DNA of 64,000 bases, taken from positions 132,370,001-132,434,000 of the forward strand of contig OX597816.1 in assembly GCA_951406725.2 (NCBI GenBank). Direction: 5' to 3'. The notes under the pieces are model-generated. The model had not been told where the DNA came from. It ran no database searches and was given only the letters and a program-made list of their open reading frames with translations. Origin of the DNA: Octopus vulgaris. Taxonomy: Eukaryota. A program made the position numbers and the translations under genes. Of this stretch, positions 38,970 to 52,251 are shown in pieces (within the stretch, counting starts at the first letter, position 1; every line of letters starts with the position of its first letter).

Positions 38970-41900
38970 ACACACACGCTTGCTCTCTTCCAGAATAGTG
39001 TTTGTAAATGTGTGTTGATCAAGTATGTTGTGAACAAGTATATATTTATAAGTGTATGTATACTTGTCACACATGCACTTCAGTTCTGTTTTAGACAATA
39101 TACAAACACAAGAACAATGATATAAAATTTTGGTAAATAAGAGGTAAGGTTCCAGCAAGTTGAGTTCACAAACTTGTTTTGATTCCTGGTTGAAGAACTA
39201 TTTCAAAGTTGTTATAAGCTATCAAACTATCCCTTTCTCTCTTTCACTATATAAATATACAACCTTATTGTCTAAGGAAGAAATCCTTATTAACAAAATT
39301 GTAGAAGATAAGTGCAGTAGGCATAAATTCAATTTCTGGTAGAGAATAGGCAGTGTCATTAGAGCATCAGAGGAAATGTCTGCAATATTTTTTCTGTCTT
39401 CTTGCGTTCTGGGTTCAAATCCCACCAAGGTCAATTTTGTCTTTCATCATTCCAGAGTTGGTAAAGTACCAGTCTAGAACCATGGACTGATGAATTCATT
39501 GAAGCATCAGACCAGAAATCTTGTAGAATATGTTCTGGTTCTTTCTCAGTATTCTGAGTTCAAATCTTACAGTGACCTACTTAATGTTTTGACTTAAATT
39601 TGTCTCTTGATTTAACACCACTTGATCCTTGGGTGCTGTATCAGGGTAGATTTTATTGCAGGCATTTGCTCCAGGTTTCCAGTTTGAGGATATTTTCTTC
39701 TTGTCCTCCCCACTGTCAGTCTCGGCAGCCCTGTAAAACATTATGGTATTGCCCTTCTCTCTGTTGATTAAGTGATATAAAGTTTTAGCCATTTTTCCAC
39801 TAATGTTCTTCAAAAACAAAAAAAAAATGTTTATCATTTTATATTTGTAGGAAGTCAACAATAGATTTCTATGAAACTTCATCATAGCAGTCTGTCTATT
39901 TGACAATTAGCTATCCTAATAATGTTAAGTTTTTTCTAATGATATATACTGGTATGTGATTATAGTTACTACTACCCCTCCCCCTCCATTTCTTTCTTGC
40001 ATATTGCCAAGAAAAGAAGTTGTGACTTTTATGCCTATTTTCCTTCTAAAGATTTAAAGCCCATAACTCTGTAGAAATGATTATTTCTGCTCTCATTATC
40101 AGACTATGTTATATAGGGATAATTTATCAATGATAGTTTCCACAATTATCTACACCATGTACGTTGCTAATGCCTGTGTGCAAAACGTGAACAATATACT
40201 TTCTGATATCTGTGTATACTACATCCCCCACCCTTCTTGTCTAAAAATTTATGTTGTATGGTATTTGGTATACCTACATTAGTTTATATTGTCCAAATAC
40301 AAGCCACTGGCCACACTAAGTTGTCTTATCTCATTTTTGCATAGCCTAAGTCCTTGGCAACTAGAGATAGGTTAGGACAACTGTCATGCTGATGCCTATT
40401 GAAACAAAAACACTTATCTGTGACTCTCTTCTTAACTCCACACAATAAACCTGTGTTTTTCCTTAATGTCATGTCAACATTTAGCGAATTCTTGATTCTT
40501 GAGATTATCTCCCCTTTTCATATGGAGCTGTTCTTATTTTCCATTTGGTAATTATGACACACCCTCTAGAGGCAGAGATAATTTTAATAAATCAAGAATT
40601 TATGTTGTATGATATTTGACATACCTGTATTTGTGTTGTTCCAATACATGCCACTGGCCACCCTAAATTTGTCCTCTTGGCCCATGTTTGTTTATGCATA
40701 CATGTGTACACATGTACAAACAAACCATCCCAAAATTTTTCCCTTGAATGTGAATTATATATGTTTTATTCCTACCAAATTCTTCTCATCTCACTATATT
40801 TGTGAGCAGAGAAACTGTTAGAATGTTGGCTCCAAATCAAATTTGATATTTTTATCCCCTTACATATTTTTCTCCAGCGGAAGGTAAAATGTTCATGTTT
40901 TCTAAAGGACATTAGTAATGAGTTTATTTTATAACTATTAAATTTGTCTTGCCACTCAAGACAGGGTCCTTAGCTTAGAATGCACCACATCCCTAGCTAT
41001 AACATCTAATTATGTCGTGGATTTTAGAGCAAAAGCTGAAATTTTTATTCTGCCAGGAGTTAATGAAATAAGTGAAATGGTTTCTCTCATGTTGTAAACT
41101 CACTTCATCAGAATCTTACCTCAACACTACATTGTTATAAACATTTTTGTGTCTGTTCCTATGTCACAATTCTATCAACACAGCTCCAAGTCATTTGTAT
41201 GTGTGTGAGTGTGTTTTACTCTTTGTAATTTCAAATTGACTGAGCTTAATGGCATAATGTCAGCTAGACATTAATCATCTGGGAATTTGTTTAACTAGGT
41301 AAGCTTCATTTTACCTGTGGTTTGTTTTTCTTACATGGAAACATGAGAACTGTCACCTTTGACTTTATATTAATTAATTAATCTGATGAACTGGAAATAG
41401 TGGCTCTGGCTAAATTTAAAGTACTAAATTCAAATGTCGCCAAGCTTTTCCTGTAAACTCTTTTTCTTGAAAAAAAAAAACAAAAAAGAAAATGACTATA
41501 CCTATTTTAACTGTCAATTTTATGAGTATTTTATACATCAACTTTCTCTTTCGTGCTCCCCACTACCATCTTTTTTTTATGGTTCTAAGTATCATAAAAC
41601 TAATGCATAAAACAGACTACATATATATATGTAGTCTTTTTTGAAGTTCGTTTTAAAATCACTCATTTTCCATTTCCAACTGTCTACCTTGCCATTGAGA
41701 AGTAATTTAAATCAGCTGTGATCTGTTGCTTTCCAGTTGATGTTTCAGATTGTCTTTTATTCGTTTCTACAGCGACTTTATTAAAATCGACGGCAGTTAA
41801 AAAGAATCTGTTCATACAGATTTGTGAATGAATTCCTTTCTAAAGTGGTATCATCTGGAAAATTGTAATCGATACTGATCTCCATAATTTCCTTTTCTTT

Positions 41901-43712
41901 TTGTAAAGAACACATTTAAAGCAACATTTAAATTTGTTTTCAAGTATTTTAATCTAAAAAGACAAAAAAAAAAATCTGACTACACAATTACGATTTAGTC
42001 AACGGTTCTAAGGATAATTTTGGGCTGTGATATTTTTAAGTAATACTTGAGTGATTAATCTTTATAATGTCTTTCTTTTTTTTTTTCTGCAATTTCCACC
42101 AGTTTCTGTCTGTGATAAGTTGTTAAGCAACATGCTACGTACAGCAGAAAGCTTCTCTTAAAAGGTTAACTTAGGCAAAGAACTAGACGTTCTACTACTC
42201 AGGGAAAGTCCAATTATTAAGAATAGACCTTAATAGCTTCTGTAGTTTCAGACCTTAATAGCTTCTACAGTTTCTATTTGATTCTTTTCTGCTATTTAGA
42301 TTCTTAGACAAAAGCAGCTTATTGTGATCCTTTATACAGTTTATTTTATCATATAAATGAAAACCAAATGGGTGAATCGTTGTCCAATGTTATTAGTTGA
42401 AATCAGTGTATCAGTTTAATAATATAAGATAAGAAAAGGAAACAAAAGTGCAAAAATTATTTCAAGATAATCTGTGGTAACTAGCATATCTTTACTGTGT
42501 GTGCTTCTTGAGGTGATAGTCACTTATAATTTGTTTTGTAATTTAAAGTATTGCTAAAGAAAACAACAAAAATAATACAAGTCGATGGTGTGGTAGGGGT
42601 GGCTATAAAAAAAAAAAAACATTGAACTCTTCTCTCTTTTAATTCATAGCTACAGTATAGTTACTGCTGTTTTAATGCAGCTTTAAAGAGAAAGAGAAAT
42701 GCGGGAGATCTTAAGTATCTTTCGAATGGCAAGTTAAAAGTTTTGTATTGATTGTTGCCGAAGATATAAAATATTGATCGTATAACTTCTCAGGATTTTG
42801 TGAAACATTAACGCAGTGTCTTCTTCATTTTTTCTCCAATTTTTCCTTTTTCTTTTTCTTTTTTTTTTTCCAAACCTTTGATGTCTTTTAGTTTTCTGTC
42901 TGTGCCTTTGGTCGGGAGAGGTTAACAAAATTTGCTGGAATTTTTTTTTTCCTTCATGTAAATATATTTTCCATATGAAACAAATCATTACAATATCAAA
43001 GTTGAACATCATTTAGTACATAACTGGGCAGTTAGATATCAAGTTACTAATTCTGATAGATGCAATGGCGGAGTAGTGGGTAAAGTACTGAAAGCCTGGT
43101 TACCTCGAATCGGGAGTTCAAGTTACACCCCAGACATTATATGGTTGACCAAGGCATTTAATCTGATTTGCATCCCTTCATTTAAATCTCTACTTTAATC
43201 TGAGACTTCGTGCCTCATTTAAGATATTTTAATGTCAGACATTATTTATGTTGGACTGGTGAATTTTTTCAACATACTGAATTGCCTACCATACTCTTTG
43301 CTTTGCAAAATTTCCTCTCCACATCATGGAAGCTTTCATTTTCTTCTTGCTTCATGCTTAATTATGGAATCATTATCATTGTCATCATTATCAACAATAC
43401 AAGTGGTGCATATATTGATCAGTTGTTAGATGTAATTCTGAGGGGTTTTTTTTTTTCTAACTCTTTCTCATACAGTATCAATTTCCATTTTTTTTTTCAG
43501 CTAACAAACTGTGTATACACATCATGTATACAGCATTGATTATGCCTTACTTGAACAGGAGGCTTACAATCAAATATAGGGCAATGCATACACACATGCA
43601 TGTAATATTTAGACACATATATATGTATATATAGGACATATATGTATATATATATATAGGCATATATATGTATATATATATATATATAGACACATATATA
43701 TAGACACATATG

Positions 43713-43749
<37 letters not shown>

Positions 43750-43806
43750 ATATACATATACGTATATATATATATATATAGGCATATATATATATATATA
43801 TATATA

Positions 43807-43914
<108 letters not shown>

Positions 43915-43957
43915 TATATATATACATATATGTATATTATTTAGACACACACACACA

Positions 43958-43995
<38 letters not shown>

Positions 43996-44159
43996 TTTAT
44001 ATATATATACACATATTTATACATATATACACATATTTATATATATATTTACTTGCATAGCAAGTAACCTGATCTGAGATTGTGTGCTGGAACAAAAACA
44101 ATTGCAGCGTGGAAGGTATTAATAAGCCATTTAAAATGGCGAAAATGCTATATGCCCCC

Positions 44160-44760
44160 TATACCGCAACAAGTTCTGGAATAGGTTGGAGAGGGACACC
44201 AACAAAAGGAATAAAAACAATACTTGGTATGATAACAAGAAGTTTCAGTGTAATGTTTGTTAACGCTACATCTAAGAATAAATTAAGTAAGGCATTTAAG
44301 AAAATCCTGCACACAACTGGCCTTATGATCAAAGTTGTAGAAAAGACAGGTAGGACTATCAAATCTGTATTAAGTAGATCTTACCCATTTGATAGAATCA
44401 CGTATCAGAATAATTGTGCAATATATTCTTCAAACCCACATGTGAACTGCAAAATGAAGAGCACTGTATACCAGATTAAGTGCCAAGAAGGAGCTTGCAC
44501 GATTATCCCAGAGTCATATATTGGTGAGACTTCTAGGAGCATCAATGATAAGTTCAAAGAACACCTGGACAACTACATTGAAAAGAAACCAAACTCCATC
44601 TTCTATCAGCATGCTGTAGACTGCTACAAGGGCTCCTTAGGGAGACTTAAGTTAAACATCATATATACACATCCCACTGATGCAATGCTGAAACAAGTCA
44701 CTGAAGCTGTCGGTATACAAGAATAGGAACCCACTCAACTGTAAATCTGAATGGGATAAC
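44160..44760 (+). mobile_element. Penelope-like element fragment (GIY-YIG endonuclease), pseudogenised
   Basis: Encodes SVMFVNAT...IKVVEKTG...STVYQIKC...YIGETSRSINDKFKEH...QH...EAVGI, followed by a premature TAG and a frameshift before a likely LN.KSEW motif. Typical PLE GIY-YIG layout. Confidence 0.8.
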
Positions 44761-45467
44761 ACCCAGATTCCACTCAGGACAATCTTTTTCTGAAAAAAGT
44801 GAAACCAGTCAAGTTAATAAACATCTTTAAAATTGCATTTCAAACCTTCTTTCATATATATTTCCACTCATGCAGTACCTCACAACTTTATTTTCTGATA
44901 TATATATATATATATGTGAGTATATGTATGTGTGTATCTGTATATATATTTATATATATATGTATATATATATATGTGTGTGTGTATATATGTATATATA
45001 TTTATGTAGATATATGTATTTATATATATATGTATATATATATATGTATAAATATTTTTATGTAGATATATGTATTTATATATATATATGTATATATCTA
45101 TATATATTTATATGTATAAATATTTATATATATGTATAAATATTGATATATTTATATATATGTATAAATATTGATATATATATTTATATATATTTCATTC
45201 AGTGAGAGTTAGAGGTTGTGAATCCAAGTAACTAAATGATAGCACCAATCTAATATACTGCTGGTAGTGTACCCAATTATTGATACCTATGTGCTGGTTA
45301 TTGTGTGGCAATTTCACTATTGGGCATAATAAATGGGTGAGAGTAAAAATTGGTTTACCCTTAATTTGTACAGCAAGATGAAAATGGAGGGGATACAGAA
45401 ATAGTATACATCAACTGTTAGGAATAATGTACTGTACCTACAGTACATTAACTGACCCTCTTTTAAA

Positions 45468-45592
45468 TTCTCTGATGAAGCTTAGAGGCACTCCCAATAC
45501 CCTAATTTTATCTACCGATCACTACAGAACGCTGAAGAGATGGAAATAACATGTAGGGTATTGTGATCTCTCAGCAGAAATGGCTGTAAGAA
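45468..45592 (+). ncRNA. Degenerate type I hammerhead ribozyme-like motif with extended stem II
   Basis: TTCT (45468-71) precedes the core CTGATGA (45472-78). Stem II includes a perfect 10-bp pair, CAATACCCTA (45495-504) with TAGGGTATTG (45554-63). Then GAAA (45577-80), TGGCT, GTA (45586-88) and AGAA (45589-92), which closes stem I with TTCT. Confidence 0.5.
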
Positions 45593-45851
45593 ACTGTTCT
45601 TTTTGTATTCTATGAATTACTGGTACATATGTATGTAATACACAGTCTTTACATATGTATATATTCTCATAAATGTCTTAGAATAAATAAATAGACATAA
45701 TATAATGTCTGACAGTTGATGTATACTATTTCTGTATCCCCATATCCTAACCATTTTCTTTTTGCCGTATCTATAAATATACATATATATATAAATATAG
45801 GGAGAGTTTACGAAAAAAACAACATATATATATATATATATATTAATATAT

Positions 45852-45910
<59 letters not shown>

Positions 45911-45919
45911 TGTATGTAT

Positions 45920-48660
45920 ATCATCATCATCATCATCATCATCGTTGAACGTCCGCTTTCCGCGCTAGCACGGGTTGGACGGTTTGACCGGGTCTGGGAA
46001 GCCAGGGGCCGCTCCAGGCTCCAGTCTGAATCTGGCAGAGTTTCTACGGCTGGATGCCCTTCCTAACGCCAACCACTCCGTGAGTGGATTGGGTGCTTTT
46101 TACGTGCCACCTGCACAGGGGCCGGAGGGTCCGGCATCGTCACGATCGGATTCGAGCATTTTAACGTGTCAGCGGCACGGGGGCAACGAGGTCCGGGGTA
46201 CTTTGGGGATTGGGGTATTTTGGGGATCCAGGGTACTTTGGGGATCCGGGGTACTTTGGGGATCCGGGGTACTTAGAATGGGTAGGGGGGTACTTAGAAT
46301 GGGTAGGGGGTATGTGGAATTGCTGCAGAAAGCAGCCCGGGTCTTTGTAGTCACAGCATATCTCCAGAGATCTCGGTCCTTCGCCATTGCCTCAGTGAGG
46401 CCCAATGCTCTGAGGTCATGCTTGACCACCTCATCCCATGTCTTCCTGGGTCTACCTCTCCCCCTGATACCTTCAACTGTTTGGGAGTGGCACTTCTTCA
46501 CACATCTCTCTTCATCCATCCGCAGCACATGACCATACCATCGCAAGCGTCGCTCTTGCACACCACATCTGATGCTTCTTATATCCAGCATTTCTCTCAG
46601 GATACTTACACTCTGTTTTGCGTGCACACTGACACTACACATCCAGCGGATCATGCTAGCTTCATTTCTTTCAAGTCTACGCATGTCTTCTGCAGTCACA
46701 GCCCATGTTTCATTACCGTGAAGCATGGCAGTTCGCACACATGCATCATATAATCTACCTTTTGCTCTGAGGGAGAGGCCTTTTGTTGCCAGTAGGGGTA
46801 GGAGCTTTCTGAACTTTGCCCAGGCTATTCGTATTCTAGTGGTGATACTCTCTGTGCATCCACCTCCGCTACTAACTTGGTCTCCCAGGTAGCGGAAACT
46901 ATCAACTACTTCTAGTTTCTCTCCCTGGAGTGTGATGGAATCTGTTTTCTGAGTGTCTGTTGTGTCTATTGTCCCTGTGCATCTGCCGCACATGAAAGCT
47001 ATCTTATCTGTTAATTTCCCTTTAATGTTGCTGCACCTCTTATGTGTCCATAACTTACATTGGGTGCATCTTATGGAGTTTCTACCTGTACCTTTCCTAC
47101 AGGTTGAGCAGGGCCACCTACCCGAGGGGATGTGTGTTGAGTACCTCTTGCTGCTTACTAATACTTTGGTCTTTGCTACATTTATTCTAAGGCCCTTTGA
47201 TTCCAACCCTTGCTTCCATACCCGAAATTTCTCTTCTAGTTCCGGTAGTGATTCTGCTATGAGAGCTAGGTCATCGGCATAGAGGAGCTCCCAGGGGCAT
47301 CCCGTTTTGAATTCCTCTGTTATTGCTTGAAGTACTATGATGAACAAAAGGGGACTGAGGGCTGAGCCCTGGTGCACACCTACTTCTACTCGGAATTCTT
47401 CACTATATTCGTTGCCAATCCTAACCTTGCTAACAGCCTCTCTGTATAGAGCCTGTACAGCCCTTATTAGCCATTCTTCAATCTCCAGTTTCCGCATAGA
47501 CCACCAGATAAGGGAACGGGGAACCCTGTCAAAGGCTTTCTCCAAGTCTACAAAAACTATGTAGAGGGGTTTATCTTTAGCTAGGTACTTCTCCTGCAGT
47601 TGTCGGACCAGGAATATAGCATCAGTGGTGCTTCTACCTGGTACAAAACCGAACTGCATTTCATCTAAACAAATTCTCTCCCTAATGAGATTGGTTATGA
47701 CCTTCTCTGAGACCTTCATCACCTGGTCCAACAGTTTGATACCTCTGTAGTTATTTCTATCTAGAGCATCACCCTTACCCTTGTAGCAGTTGACTATGGT
47801 ACTGCTGCACCAGTCATTGGGTATGGCTCCATTGTGAACTACCTGGTTTACAATGCGGGTGACTATGGCATGGCCCACATAGCCAGCTGTTTTAAGCATC
47901 TCAGCAGTGATTCCTGATAGGCCAGGGGCTTTGCCTGGTTTCATATCCTTAATTGCCTTATCTACAAGGGAGCTGTCTATTCGGGTAGCTGGTCCCTCTA
48001 CTGGGTCAACATTTGGCAGGCTCTCCTCCTCCCATTCATTCTCCTCATTTAGCAGTCTTTCATAATGGCTTCTCCAAGCCTCTTTCTTTTCACTAGTAGT
48101 AAAAGCAAGTGCCCCATCATCCATGCGGACACATTTCTCTCCTATAACATCGCTATTTTCTCTGACACACTGTCTGGCAATCCGAAATACTTCAGCTCTT
48201 TGATCCTCGCGACGCTGGACATTGGCAAACTTCTTCTTTTCTGCTACATCTTTGGCAATGTATACCTGCCGCCCAGCCTCCCTTTTGGCTATCTGGTACA
48301 GTTCCCTGCTGCCCCCCTCCTTCCAGGCTTTCCAGGCCCGTCTCTTTTCACAGATGGCTTTATCTACTGCACTATTCCACCACCACGTAATTCTAGGTCT
48401 GGAAGGGACTTTGCACCATCCACAAACTTGGTCTGTGGCACTCAACAAGCTGTCCCGTAGGAATTCCCAGCTACCTTCTATGTCTGACGTCTGAAGCTCC
48501 TCTTCCCTCTCATCAAATTTCTTGATGAGTATGTCCCTAAATTTCTGACCATGCGAAGGGTTCTTTAGCCTCCAAATCCTTCTTTTCTGGATTGGTTTGT
48601 TTCTTGGAGTCCTTCTGGCCTCAAGCTTAAAGTCACTGATGATTAGTCTATGCTGAGGGA
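45920..48660 (-). mobile_element. 5'-truncated RTE-clade LINE with an uninterrupted RT ORF and an internal PHD-type finger
   Basis: The frame from about 48660 to the stop at 46169 encodes the APE end (PQHRLII), RT motifs ([34 protein letters not shown]) and an RTE-type C-terminus ([11 protein letters not shown]...RGRPRKTW). 3' (GAT)n tail at 45920-45943. Flanked on both sides by TA-rich microsatellite. Confidence 0.93.
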
Positions 48661-48672
48661 TATATATGTATG

Positions 48673-48757
<85 letters not shown>

Positions 48758-48800
48758 TATTAATATATATACATATATATATGTATATGTTAATATATAA

Positions 48801-48845
<45 letters not shown>

Positions 48846-49100
48846 ACAACAATGCAGCATGGAAGGTGTTTATAAGCCATTTAAGAAACATACAAAAATT
48901 GTTAGATTCACTTCAACATTTAAATTTATTTTGCCAAAATATTTTCATCACTTTGAGATCACAAACTGTTCACTGATAAATTCTATGCTAGCACAGAATT
49001 TTCTCAGAACAAGTCTTCAATGGCTTCCAAACACATTCCATGCTGCAATTCTTTCCGTTCCAGCACATGATCTCAGATCAGGTCACTTGCTATGCAAGTA
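48846..49100. repeat. Short imperfect inverted-repeat element related to the flank of the Penelope fragment
   Basis: 48851-48882 (aatgcagcatggaaggtgtttataagccattt) is inverted at about 49018-49050. 49017-49100 is the reverse complement of 44050-44135. Embedded in TA-rich microsatellite. Confidence 0.7.
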
Positions 49101-49655
49101 CATCTTCATAATATATATATATTTTTACATGTATATTTATGTTTATATATGTATATATATATATATATATATGCGTGTGTGTGTATAAGCACACTTATTT
49201 TTATATATATATATGTATGTATATTTATATATATATATATAGACATATTTATATATCTATATACACATATATATATATAATATTTATATATAGACATATA
49301 TTGCTATATATATATATATGTATATAGATATATATATCTATATTTATATATATGTATGTTTATATATATATATATATATCTGTATATATATATATATACA
49401 TATATATATGTATGTATATATGTATCAATATACATATGTATGTATGTGTATATGTATCTGTATACATATGTATATATGTAACTATATACATATGTATGTA
49501 TATATGTGTCTATATACATATATGTATATATATATGTATGTATTTATATATGTATATATATATATATATTTAAATATATATATATACATAGATACATATA
49601 TATATGTATATATATTTTTGTATCTATATGTCTATATATATGTGTGTGTGTGTGT

Positions 49656-49688
<33 letters not shown>

Positions 49689-50482
49689 CTATAGACACTT
49701 ATTTATATATCTACACAGACATACACACCTATATATATTAATGTATGTGTATGTAGTGATACAAGTAGTTTAGAAAAATATATACAACAAACTGATAAGT
49801 GTGCATTTATATAACAATATAGGGCTTCATTAAACATTTTCTATGAGCTCATGCAATTTCTGACAACAATTTATTCTCTCTCAAAATTGTTTTATTTACC
49901 TGACAACAATTAAATAAGAACAAAAGGCAAAGAACAAATGATATCAATAAAATATAATGACAAAAAGTGCTTTAGATTCAATACTGAATTAGAAAAGCAA
50001 ATAATAGTGAAAACTGCTCAGATAGCTTAAACATATCTAAGGCCTTGATGAAAATGTTTCAAATTTGGTTTGTGGACAAACTAATGGTATGCAAACAAAT
50101 AGCTGCACATTCAAAATTTGAAGAATCTTTGTGCATCTTTGTCACTAATGTAACTCACATACAACTTAAGGAGCCTATTTACAAATTCTTGTTTAATAAC
50201 TGATGTATTATTAACATACAAGATCAAAACTATGATAGCAAAGTGACGATTATAGGGAAACACTAACAAAGAAAATGGCGAGTTTATTTTTCTTTTTCTT
50301 TTTAGAAATAAAGAAAAGAAAACATGATAAAAAAACACTTTTATGAGTTATCCTCTCCCGTATGTTTATATTTCTCCTCTTATTTTAAAATATTTCTAAG
50401 GATTTAAAGGTGAAAGAGACCCATGAAATACGTTGAATATGTACCGGTTTTGTGACATATATATATATATATAGACACATAC

Positions 50483-50514
<32 letters not shown>

Positions 50515-50535
50515 ATGTGTATATATATATATACG

Positions 50536-50577
<42 letters not shown>

Positions 50578-50690
50578 AACATATATATATATATATACAC
50601 GTATACACATATATATATATATACACACACACACACATATACACACATGTACATGCATACACACATATATATATGCACATATATATACAC

Positions 50691-50721
<31 letters not shown>

Positions 50722-51157
50722 CACACATATGTATATATATATACATACATATATATATAGTAGGGTGGGTGGGGATATTTCGATTGATCTGCTAGCTGTG
50801 CTAGTTTAGCAGTCCATTTAGAAACCACTGCCAGAGCAAAGTGATATATAATTCACTTTAACAACCAACTAAACAAGCACAGTAGCAATGGATGAAGACA
50901 ACAGGTGAAAATTTGTTATAAGATGGTGTTGGTAGGTTGGGGGGTGGGGTTAGTATGGCGACTTCCTTTCACTTCCTTATTTTTCAACTGTAATAATACT
51001 TCAATATTGTGATGTTTACTCATGTTTAGAGAAAGAACATCAGGCGATCTAGCACGACGCCGTATAATGTTATGATGAGTTTCCAGCTGTACAGTCTTCT
51101 CATAATCTGTAAAGTTCATGTGAAATAAAAATCTTCAAGCTGAAATCTTAATCCTGT

Positions 51158-51237
51158 TTGTTTGTTGGTTGGTTGGTTGGTTGGTTGGTTGTTTGGTTGG
51201 TCGGTTGGTTGGTTGGCTGGTTGTTTGGTTGGTTGGT
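51158..51237. repeat. (GGTT)n microsatellite
   Basis: Directly visible. Confidence 0.95.
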
Positions 51238-51540
51238 TTTGCTGTTTGAAGGTTGAGATTCTGAATGGCTTGTTTACCATTTTTGAAAATATGTTGTCAA
51301 TATGAATAGAATAATTGGCCTGATAGAGCTGTTTATTTGCTAGGTTGATTACAATGATTTAATGGAAGATTATTTGGAATGATATAAAAGAAACGGTTTT
51401 CTAAGAAACACAAAATCCAAAATGTTAATCAGGGTTGAATGGGTAGTGGTGACGTTTTTGTTTGTCTTTTTACACCAAACACATTTGTGATGAGTGCTGT
51501 GGCAAAAAGGGATTCCGTTCTTACATATTATGAGACTATA

Positions 51541-52251
51541 TAGGCTTAGAGGTAGCCCACAGGGTGGAAAACTCAAGGGCTACCCTGGGTGACACACGTA
51601 CTAGCTACACCAGTTTGCAACAAATGTGAAGTAAAATGTTTTCATAAGTAAATTACAAACAGGATAACAAACTCAGCCAGCTGAGAGAATAACAGCTATG
51701 GTAACTTCTTAGACACAATTCTTTTATGCTTTTTATTATGATTCTCTTTTCTCTTTACTATTTATTCCAAATATGAACAGGAATATATTTTACAAAAGAA
51801 AAACAAAAGGGGGAGAAAAAAAACAACAATGTCGCACACCGAAAGGTTCAACAGAACCTACTGAAGCAAACCAGTACACTCGCAGCATTACCACCAATCA
51901 TGGTGAGGCTAAGGTGTTGGAAAAACCAAGCACCCTCAAGGGTATCACCTGAAATCTCGGTGCGGTGAGCTTCCAACGATGACAAGAACTTCGCTGTTAG
52001 TGGCCTAGTCCTTCGAAACATCTCAAATGCCACAGGCTGGGAGAAATAGTTCACTGCCAGGTTCTAATACTTCAAGGTTTTGTTCCGTTCACCTATGGAA
52101 ATAATGTCCCTCCCGTTTATCGCAGCATCCAGGATATGGGAGGGAGCAAAAGAGTCACAGACTGGAATTCTAGATGTGGCTGGTGTAGCTAGTACGTGTG
52201 TCACCCAGGGTAGCCCTTGAGTTTTCCACCCTGTGGGCTACCTCCAAGTCT
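51541..52251. mobile_element. Long-TIR non-autonomous element (about 75-bp near-perfect TIRs) containing a CRE-type LINE fragment
   Basis: 51549-51613 is the exact reverse complement of 52180-52244, and the match extends outward with two mismatches into CTATATAG on both sides. Confidence 0.8.
51720..52163 (-). pseudogene. 3' fragment of a CRE-clade (restriction-like endonuclease) non-LTR retrotransposon
   Basis: Translates as VCDSFAPSHILDAA...GERNKTLKY*NLAVNYFSQPVAFE...FLSSL...ISGD...FFQHLSLTMIGGNAASVL, matching the CRE C-terminal pattern D..A.SH...E..K..KY..L...F.P.A.E...GD...Q.LS....GNAAS. Followed by AATAAA (51761-66, minus strand) and an A-rich tail. Confidence 0.7.

Noticed and set aside
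42226-42275. 25-bp tandem duplication, plus diverged local duplications at about 30690/31010 and 40230/40600
   Set aside because: Ordinary slippage or old local duplications with no further structure.
48661-48880. N-terminal part of the 903-aa minus-strand ORF
   Set aside because: Read-through into flanking TA microsatellite and an unrelated repeat. RTE homology starts near 48660.
50916-51140. 67-aa non-repetitive minus-strand ORF as an exon of a second gene
   Set aside because: No recognisable domain, a weak acceptor and no partner exons found.
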